A DNA stretch of 64,000 nucleotides, taken from Eledone cirrhosa (Eukaryota). Positions 54,366 to 64,000 of this stretch are shown here, in pieces. The notes beneath the pieces are model-generated. The model was given only the letters and a program-made list of their open reading frames with translations. It did no database searches and was not told the origin of the DNA. Made by a program: the position numbers and the translations under genes. Each line of letters starts with the position of its first letter. The stretch's first letter is position 1. The DNA lies in assembly GCA_964016885.1 (NCBI GenBank), contig OZ024741.1:78616001-78680000 (forward strand). The letters run 5' to 3'.

Positions 54366-55340
54366 AGAACAACACAAGTAACTAACTAATGCGAGAATAC
54401 GTCCCGTGTACACAACGGAATGAGATCAATACACATATTCAGTGTTTGAATAAAGGATTCGGTTCGATATTATTGAAGATAATAGGTAATGACACCGACA
54501 TAAACGTTGGGATTTATAACAACAAAGGTGATGATATTAGCCCGAATAAATCAGTTTGTAATAATTCTTTCTACTGTAGGCATTAAACTAGCAATTGGGT
54601 GGAGGGAGAAAAGTCGATTGAATCGACCCCAATACTTGACTGATACTTTATTTTGTCGAACCCGACTAGATCAAAGGCAAAGTTTACCTCGTTAGGATTT
54701 GAACTCAGAACATAAAACAATTCTGTCAACTCACCACAAATCAGTATGTAATACGACATTTTACATAATGATATTTTTGTGTTATTATACAGATGAAGAA
54801 ATTCGCTTGCAATTTTCTTCGTGAGCTTTCTTCGCTAACAAATAGTCTTTTACACCACCGATATAGACTTGTGCAGTGGTCTACCTATGCAGCTAAAATG
54901 AAAATGATTTCTAAATATGTATATATAATTACCATATCTTACACTGTGAAGATATAGCATATATAGCTGACTATGAAATCAGAGAGAACACTAATTTCTA
55001 TCGTATAGAATTTATTTTAATACGTCGTCTACATATTTCTCTTGATTCACTCTCCACAATCTATCACTCTCTTATCTCTCTCCTTCCCTTAATTCATCTC
55101 TCTCTTTCTGTCTCCGAATCAATATGATCTCTCTTCCCACCTCTCTCTCTCTCTCTCTCTCTCCGTGCGCGCGCGCGTGTACATGTACATAAATTGTAGC
55201 GCATATCCAAATAGGTGTGTGTTTTGGTAGTTTTGGGAGAAATATAATTTTTGGAGGGGGCGGAGCTTTTTCGCATTTGGTAAGAAACTGGTATTATACC
55301 CAATTTATTCATCTCCTATATATATATATATATATATATA

Positions 55341-55533
55341 GGAAAAAGTATGACCCCGACGGCAGAGCTCAAGCCGTTTCGACGGCTATTTCTAGGTCCA
55401 GAAATAGCCGTTGAAACGGCTTGAGCTCTGCCGTCGGGGTCATACTTTTTCCTATTACCCACTCTACTACCCTAAGTATTGAGTACTCTGGTGCGTTATG
55501 GTCCATCTGGTTCCTTACCACAATCCCTTCGTT
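55341..55533 (+). mobile_element. Fold-back mini-element related to the pLTR of the intact PLE
   Basis: GGAAAAAGTATGACCCCGAC...GTCGGGGTCATACTTTTTCC palindrome plus an 80-bp tail, in (TA)n. Confidence 0.88.
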
Positions 55534-56303
55534 ATATATATATATATACACCTAATAAACTCTTATTTGTACTGCCTCCTGTTTTTGTTCCCGTCTAAGT
55601 TTTAACTATATATTTTAAAAACTAGAGGTGTGACACTCGAGTTGTGATATTTAGTAAAAAGGAAAAGAAAATGCTGACAAATTTTTCCCAATGAAAAATA
55701 GTTTAATTAGGAATACGTATAAATTAGTAATAAGTATTAGTTAGTATTCTGTTTTAGTTTTAAGTTTTTACCGGTTGCGCATTTCTTATGCTTTTTAAAA
55801 ATAATTTTGAGATAGAGCGCTCGTGATTATTGCTCTAATCTAATCAGTTTTGGAAATTCTTCCTGTTTTATGTGAAGAAAGTGGCTTGGGAGGTATTAAG
55901 ATTTGGTTGGTTGTTGAATGTCACGTGGATAAGCACTATAAATTTCGTGCCAATTCGTGTTGCAAAAATTCTTGTAGTCAAAACAATTTTGATTGGTCGG
56001 TAGAAGTCACGTGAATGTTTAAATTGATTTTAGCGCGAACTGGCTTCGCGCCAAATGTAGGTTTGTCGAAGAGTGTCCTTTTCCGCTTGATTGAGTTGCA
56101 GTCATGTTGAGAGGTCAATAGTTCAGGTGTCTATTAAGACAAATATGTGTGTAGCAAAGTGGTTCATTGTTGTGATAATGGAAATAATTCGGTCAGTAGG
56201 AATGTATGTGTATGTGTGTGTGTGGGTGTGGTGTGTGTGTCTGGGGGGGGGGGGTATTTTTAACATGTTGAAACATATTTTTCAGCTCTTGTCTTATACG
56301 GAG

Positions 56304-56355
<52 letters not shown>

Positions 56356-56899
56356 ATGGACCAGTATTTTTGTGGTACTGGTAAAAATGGCGTACATTAT
56401 TCAATATTTTCAGTCATTTACAAAAACGATTCTCCCAAAAGAACATCAATAACATCAATAATAAAAGAGGTGAAATGATGTATAGTATTGTCATAACAAC
56501 AAGGCGTGTGTGAGTCCAGATCGTACGTACTGCAAGGGGAATCCATTAGGCCCTGCCTTATGGGATACTTGTGTAGGTAATTTCCATTTTCTCAACTCTC
56601 GCTTCCACAATACACAACAAACCCACACCACACGATACAACCAACAACGTAGGCCACCTATAACACCACAATCCAACATGGCACATAGAAACACACATCC
56701 ATACTCGCAATACAGGAACACCCCATTCAATCCACAACCACGAACCCGAAACACATTTTACAACAACAAGGAATATAACAAACACAGGAGACCACTTAAC
56801 ATCAGCAGACAACCCCTCTACCCCAACCATTTTTTAGACACAGCACACAGATACAGGCAAACGAAATAACAAAAGACAGGGAGGAGAAAGCGTGAGTAA

Positions 56900-59158
56900 T
56901 AAAAATTATCAATTTAACTAGTGCAGAACCAACTCCCAATCTTATCAACTTACTCTCCAAAGGTCTTAAATTCACACCGACCCCCTACGTCCAAACTACT
57001 ATGAAATGAAGGAGGACATCACAGAATTCTGTAGAAAGTTACGACTCAGTGAAGAACTATTCGACCAGTACAATGAGGATGAATCATTAGCCAGAAATAG
57101 AAGCAACTACACCCCATCAAAAGGTAGAAATAAAATCATGAACGAATTCTGTGAACACATCACAAACTTCCCTTACCAACACTTGCACAGACAAAAACAC
57201 AAGCCAAACCTCAACAAGAAAGAATGGGAAGAATTAAATAGATTAAAATCCGACAGAACTATTACAATAAAAGAGGCTGATAAAGGGAATGCAGTAGTCC
57301 TAATGGAGACAGAATTCTATATCAACTTAGCGCTCTCCACTTTGGAAAACGAAACATACTACGAAAAGGCTGAACACTACAATCAACAGAAAATTAGGAG
57401 AAACCTAAAAACTCTGATCAACCCATACAAAGAAGGACTCACTAACAAGGAATTCAGCTTCATCACAGACTTCACAAGTAAATCCAGCCTTTTCTACGGT
57501 ATCCCTAAAGTACATAAATGCGAATTAATAAATAAGGCATGCAAGGAAGCCACAGACTTAGTCATCAATGTCCCCCTCACCTAATGGTCTCAAATTAAGA
57601 CCTATAATAGCAGGCCCCGCTTGCGAAACCCACCGCCTTAGCAACTTCATTGATACCCTTCTCAAGCCTTTCGCAAACATAAGGGACGACCTAGATATGC
57701 TCAACCACCTCCCTAATATACCCCTTACTGAACAAACCCTGCTAGTGACGTTCGATGTAGTCAACCTATACTCCAACATCCCCCACAACCTAGGAATAGA
57801 AGCTATCCAATTCTGGCTGGATAATTACCACAATGAACTCCCACAACACATCAAAAAAGAATTTGTGATAGAGGGACTCAAATTTATCTTGGAGAACAAT
57901 TACTTCGTTTTCAATAACAAACCCTACAGGTAGAAATCTGGGATTGCTATGGGAACGAAAACGGCCCCTACTTATGCCAACCTAGTCATGGGATACCTGG
58001 AAATCACCCTCTACACTAACGTACTAAACAAATTTGAAACACTTTCCACTTACACATAGAAAAGAACTGGAAGAGATATCTAGATGACTTCTTCATCCTT
58101 TGGAACGAAAACATCGAGAAACTTAAAGAATTTCACACCCTTAAAATGGGCTCAACACGAATATTAATTTTACAATGGAATACAGCCATCAACAACTCCC
58201 CTTCCTCGACATCCTCATTAAGATTCATAACAAAAATATAGAAACTGACATATACTACAAGCCCACAGACGCCAAGCAATATCTTCTTTTCAATTCATGC
58301 CACCCTAGACACGTTAAAATTAATATTCCCTACAACTTAGCCAAGAGAATCTGTACTATAGTTTCCAATAAAAACACCTGTTACTTACGTCTACAAGAAC
58401 TAAAGGACACACTCATAAGCAGGGATTACCCTGCATCACTAATTGACAATGGAATCCAACGTGCCCTAAAACTCAGTACCCAGGACCTTAGACACCCTAA
58501 AGTTAATCAACCGAAACTAAAAGCTCTTCCATACATCTCCACACACAACCCCCTCAACAATGAGGCCTTTGACAACATCCTCCAGAACATCCCTATATTA
58601 AAAAAGGACCATAAAATGAACCCAATCCTTCGAACACACGATATCATAAAGAGCATAAACAATCTAAGTAAATGAAAAACATCTTAACACATGCCAAAGT
58701 ACTGCCAAACACAACAACGAAACCCACAGTAAAAAAATGCGATAGACCCAACTGTGGTATATGCATCAACCTAATAGAGGGTTCGGAATTCTATTTCAAA
58801 CAAGGATAACGTTTTATAGTAAAACACAATTTCACATGCGCATCAGAAAACCTAATATATGTATTAACTTGCTCAGGTTGTAGAGAACAATACATAGGCC
58901 AGACTAAAAACATCTTCTGCCAACGCATGACTGTCCATAGATCCCAAATTAAAATACGGGAATACTGAGAAATAGCACTGAGTGAACACATTGATACCTG
59001 TGCCGCCCAAAATCATCCCAACTTTAGAATCTTTCCCTTCTACAAATTTAAAAATACCACCCACACCCAGTGCATGAGCAAGGAATCTCACTTTATTAAC
59101 AAATACGGACCCCGTCTAAACACTTCTTCCAAAGACGAACCCACAACATACACACGTT
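56900..59158 (+). pseudogene. PLE RT + GIY-YIG, disrupted
   Basis: LLSKGLKFTP, ADKGNAVV, LRPIIAG, FDVVNLYSNIP, GIAMGT, RYLDD, PFLD, CDRPNCGIC, NLIYVLTCSGCREQYIGQT; multiple stops and frameshifts. Confidence 0.92.
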
Positions 59159-59756
59159 GACATACATACCTACATCAGCATACATCTTACATACATTTCT
59201 ATCCACATATAAACACAATGACATACGTAAACACACATGTTTTATGGTGCAACACAAATATACACAAATTCGCATACCTTTTGATGTTTATAGATATACA
59301 CGTGCCGACACACACACACATACGCACACATGTATTGCCCATTGATGGGTGCATACGTATTTGTACACAAGTATCCAATACGGCAGAGCCTAATGGATTC
59401 CCCTTGCAGTACGTACAATCTGGACTCACACACGCCTTGTTGTTATGACAATACTATACATCATTTCACCTCTTTTATTATTGATGTTATTGATGCTCTT
59501 TTGAGAGAATCGTTTTTGCAAATGACTGAAAATATCGAATAATGTACGCCATTTTTACCAGTACCACAGAAATACTGGTCCATCCACACACACACACACG
59601 CATGCACACGCGAACACTAACATACAGACACACACACACGCACACACACACACTTCTCTGTATAAGACAAGACCTGAAAAATATGTTTCAACATGTTAAA
59701 ATACCCCCCCCCCCCCACACACACGTACAACCACAACCTACTGACTGATTCATTTG

Positions 59757-59850
<94 letters not shown>

Positions 59851-60191
59851 TTGTCTAAATAGACACCTGAACTATTGACCTCTCAACATGATTGCAACTC
59901 GATCAAGCGGAAAAGGACACTCTTCGACAAACCTACATTTGGCGCGAAACTAGTTCGCACTAAAATCAATTTAAACATTCACGTGCCTTCTGCCGACCAA
60001 TCAAAATTGTTTTGACTACAAGAATTTTTGCAACACGAATTGACGCGAATTTCATCGTGCTTATCCACGTGACATTCAACAACCAAACAAATCTTAATAC
60101 CTTCCAAGCCACTTTTTTCACATAAAACAGGAAGAATTTCCCAAAATGATCAGATTAGAGTAAAAATCACGGGCACTCTATCTCAAAATTA

Positions 60192-60227
60192 TTTTTGAAA
60201 AGCATAAGAAATGCGCAACCGGTAAAA
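60192..60227 (+). ncRNA. Variant minimal hammerhead motif (TTGAAAA..GCAA)
   Basis: ttt TTGAAAA gcat aagaa atgc GCAA ccgg TA aaa; positional homologue of 27821; an inverted copy lies near 55765-55800. Confidence 0.5.
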
Positions 60228-60338
60228 ACTGAAAACTAAAACTGAATACTAACTAATATTTATTACTAATTTATACTTATTCCTAATTAAACTATTTTTC
60301 ACTGGGAAAAATTTGTCACCATTTTCTTTTCCTTTTTA

Positions 60339-60394
<56 letters not shown>

Positions 60395-60396
<2 letters not shown>

Positions 60397-62071
60397 CATC
60401 ATCATCACCATATTTTACGTCCGCTCTTCCACGCTAGCATGGGTTAGACGGGTTGTCCTGTTGTGGGCAGTGTCTGGTCGGCTGACCATGCCATGCTCAT
60501 ATAGGAACTGATTTGGCTTGATTTCTACAGCTGGATGCCCTTCCCAACACCAACCTCATTTACAGTGAGTGCTGGATGCTTTTTCGTGGCGCCTACATGT
60601 CCACTTTACAGTGTGGGCTGGGTGCTTTTTTGCCGTGGCACCTCCACGACCACCTTGCGGTGGGGGGGGGGGGGGGGCATATTGTCTATATGCTTCAGCT
60701 TGTACCCATGGGAGGTCGGGTACTCTGTATTACTGCGTGGCGCCAGAAGTCACGGTCGTGTGTCATTGCCTTTGAGAGGTGTAATTGGGTAAGGTCGGCT
60801 TTTATCACCTCATCCCAGGTCATCTTGGGTCTCCCCACTCCGCGGTTTCCATCAACTTCTAGTGCTCTGCACCTTTTTATGCAACTGTCATCCTTCATGC
60901 GCATCACATGTCCATACCAGCGCAACCGCCTCTCCTGCACACAGCATTTGATTCCTCTTATGCTCAGTCTCTCTCTCAATTCATTTATGCTTTGTCGTTC
61001 ACGTATATTACTGTTACACATCCATCGGAGCATGCAGGCTTCGTTTCTCTCTAATCTACGTAAGTCTTCCACCTTCAGCGCCCAGGTCTCACTACCATGC
61101 AACATTGCTGTTCGGATACACGCATCATACAGCCTGCATTTCATTCTGAGGGAGAAGCCTTTTGCAGCTAACAGTGGTAGTAGTTCCCTAAACTTCTTCC
61201 ATCCCGTTCTTACCCTAGTTATTGTACTTTCTGAACACCCACCTCCGCTGCTAATTCAGTCACCTAGGTAGCAGAAGCTGTCTACTGTTTCTACAGAGCC
61301 CTCCCAGAGATTGGTGGTACTTGTTTCCTTTGGCTGTTTGCTGCTTGCTGTCTCAGCACAGCTGCTGCATGTGAAGCCTACATTCTTAATTAAGCTTCCT
61401 GAGGTACCGCTACATCTCTTGTGTACCCATTGTTTGCATTTGGGGCAGAGAATGGAGTTCCTACCTACACCTTTCCTACATACTGAGCAAGGCCATTTCC
61501 ATGAGGGGATCTGGGTTCTGTTTTCTCGTCTACTTACAAGGACCTTAGTCTTTGTCATGTTGACTTTGAGACCCTTTCTTTCTAGTCCCTGCTTCCAAGT
61601 TTGGAATTTCTTCTCTAGTTCTACCATAGATTCAGCTATGAGTGCGAGGTCATCAGCATACAGGAGTTCCCTTGGGCATCCGGTCTTAAACTCCTCCGTT
61701 ATTGCCTGCAGGACTATGATGAACAGGAGGGGGTTAAGAACAGAGCCCTGGTGGACCCCAACCTGTACGCTAAATTCCTCGCTATACTCATTGCTAATCC
61801 TAACTTTACTGACTGCTCCCCTATACATGGCTTGTACCGCTTTCACAAGCCATTAATCTACTCCTAGTTTTCTAAGAGCCCACCAGATTACAGTACGTGG
61901 AACTCTGTCAAAGGCTTTCTCAACGTCGACAAATGCCAAGTAGAGTGGCTTACTTTTAGCTAGCTACTTTTCCTGTAATTGCCTCACAAGGAAGAGGGCA
62001 TCAGTGGTGCCTCTTCCTGGTACAAACCCAAATTGCATCTCGTCCCCAAATTGCATCTCGTCCCAAATTGC

Positions 62072-62073
<2 letters not shown>
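60395..62073 (-). mobile_element. 5'-truncated RTE-X-type LINE with (GAT)n tail
   Basis: MQFGFVPGRGTTDA, VGVHQGSVLNPLLF, LLYADD, PHD-like CSVC..CPKC..WVHKRC, FCYLGD, HGSETW, RRLRWYGHV; in (TA)n. Confidence 0.92.
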
Positions 62074-62131
<58 letters not shown>

Positions 62132-62135
62132 GAAT

Positions 62136-63005
62136 GTGGGTTCTCTTCTTGCTCACATCTCACTCACGTCGGACGGTCTGTATCTTGATCGCTCATGAAA
62201 TCCACCCAGATTATGCTGACCGGATAACCATGTTGCTTGTTTATTCCCATCTTTGCGTTGCTTTCATCCTTCTATGTTGTTTACTTGTCTCACTCGCTTT
62301 ACGCGATTTACTTGTCCCAATAGCTTTTTTTAGTTATTGCTCGCACCAACCTGAGATATATGATTTTTAATGCGACCAAATATCAATGATGGTTGGCAAA
62401 TCACTGACGAAGGACTAATTTTATCATATGTAACCCATGTGCAACCACGCAGTATTCTTCTTTCTCCTCATGTTTTTTTATATATATTTACCTCGGCTGC
62501 GTTTGTCTGTTTCTCTCTTACTGCTTCCCCGTTCTCTCTGTTGCTCTCACCTTCTTTCGCCCCCTCTGTCAGTTACACTTTCTCTCGACTGACCTCTTCC
62601 TCGCACTTCCACTCACTCACTCTCTGTTTCTCCCCTTCTCACTTCCTCCCGTTTGGCTAGTAGTGGGTCTCTTCTTGCTCACATCTCACTCACGTCGGAC
62701 GGTCTGTATCTTGATCGCTCATGAAACCCACCCAGCTTATGCTGACCGGATAAACATGTTGCTTGTTTATTCCCATCTTTGCGTTGCTTTCATCCTTCTA
62801 TGTTGTTTACTTGTCTCACTCGCTTTACGCGATTTACTTGTCCCAATAGCTTTTTTTAGTTATTGCTCGCACCAACCTGAGATATATGATTTTAATGCGA
62901 CGAAATATCAATGGTGGTTGGCAAATCACTGACGAAGGACTAATTTTATCATATGTAACCCATGTGCAACCACGCAGTATTCTTCTTTCTTCTCATGTTT
63001 TTTTT
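62136..63005 (+). repeat. Tandem repeat of about 525 bp (about 1.65 units) in (TA)n; probable PLE pLTR or retrozyme
   Basis: Unit restarts at 62663; CTGACGA once per unit (62404, 62929). Confidence 0.8.
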
Positions 63006-63028
63006 ATATATATATATATATATATATA

Positions 63029-64000
63029 ACGGAAAAATTTGAACAGGAACAAAACAGAGAGGCAGTACAACGAATGTTTATTAATTTCACGCTCTGGAGA
63101 GTGGGGTGGTGGTGGGGAACGACGTTTCGGGCATAAGCCCTTCCTCAGGTGAGAAGTGTGTGGGAACAGAGTTCACAGGGTGTGTAGGGGAGTGGTGGAG
63201 AGACATATAGCGAAAGGAAACGGTGCGAATGAAATTAAAAATAAAAATAAAAATAAAGCATGATCAAAATAAAAGGAATGAAATAAAAATAAATATAAAA
63301 GCATGATCAAAATAAACTGGAATTAAAAAGGGGTAAAACAGGTGGTAGAAGGGTGTGGGGTGTGTAGGGGTGGTGGCGGGTGGAGTGGGGAGAGGGAGAC
63401 GAGGTGTCCGAGCGGGGAGGGCTGAAGGTGGTGTGTGTGTGTAGGTGTACGTGTGTGTGTGTGTATGTGAAAGCAAGGGTTGGGGGAAGAACGGGGTTGC
63501 ATGTTCAGGAAGAGGTGTGTGTGTGTGTGGGGGGGGGGGTGTAGGTCGGAGTGTCTGTGCGTGTGTGGATAGAGGGGTGGGGGGAGAGGAATCAGGAGGC
63601 TGAGGGTGTAAATATGTGGTGGAAAGCACGTGTGTGTGGGGTTTAAGCGTGTTGTGGGTGTAGGTGGCGTGTGGGAGAAAAACATTTTTTGGGGTGTGTG
63701 TGTGTGGGTGAGTTATATAGGCGATTCCGTAAGAGGATGGTTGAAATGTTGGTAAATTCCTATGATGTTTAGTAGATTCCGTGGTGGTCAAGTTCCACAT
63801 ACGAGTATTCCATGAAGAGATGGTCGGAAGAGGAGAGATGTGGGGTGCGCGCGCAACAGGAAGTGGTCAAGGCGGTGGGAGTGCTGTGTGTCTGTTTGTG
63901 CTGGGAGGTGGTCAGAGGGCATAGCAGCAGTCGGGTGGAATGGTAAAGGGGCGAGGATGGGTAGGTGTGAAAGTTGGAGTGAGGAGGGTGTGTGTGTGTA
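63029..64000 (-). mobile_element. Probable 3' end of another PLE, continuing beyond the window
   Basis: Begins at (TA)n; minimal hammerhead about 90 bp from the end; strongly CA/CT-biased minus strand. Confidence 0.5.
63119..63150 (-). ncRNA. Minimal PLE-type hammerhead
   Basis: ac CTGAGGA a gggc ttat gccc GAAA cg TC gt; stem I only 2 bp. Confidence 0.6.

Larger units (their letters stand above)
55549..60342 (+). mobile_element. Neptune-type PLE with an inverted 3' UTR/pLTR copy of about 0.95 kb
   Basis: 55651-56575 is an inverted, diverged copy of 59364-60342; both ends lie in (TA)n. Confidence 0.88.

Noticed and set aside
57931-58970. Stop-codon recoding in the Neptune ORF
   Set aside because: TAG, TAA and TGA stops plus frameshifts are all present, and the related copy at 26910 has sense codons at the two positions it covers; this is ordinary decay.

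Overview
Eukaryotic, AT-rich, repeat-dominated DNA. The SINE families and the density of (TA)n/(CA)n/(TATG)n microsatellites suggest an octopus or other coleoid cephalopod (inference). No host gene can be called with confidence; there are two weak exon candidates. Mobile elements: one apparently intact and young Penelope-like element (PLE, probably Naiad clade, 21848-26013, 723-aa RT + GIY-YIG ORF); decayed Neptune-type PLEs; a complete hAT/Buster transposon with TIRs and an 8-bp TSD; a mariner; Tigger, Helitron and CRE fragments; a near full-length Tx1-type LINE; an RTE-X LINE; two copies of a non-coding RTE-derived element; MITEs; many SINEs. The most notable signal is invisible in the ORF track: about 17 type I hammerhead-ribozyme motifs from several unrelated families, read by eye. 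Many carry recurrent core variants (U3-A8 instead of C3-G8; U-U at the base of stem II) with compensatory stem changes between copies. They lie in PLE pseudo-LTRs, in 318- and 424-bp tandem retrozyme-like units, and in small fold-back insertions in (TA)n arrays whose turn-around points map onto the ribozyme. Ribozyme activity is inferred from motif and pairing only.
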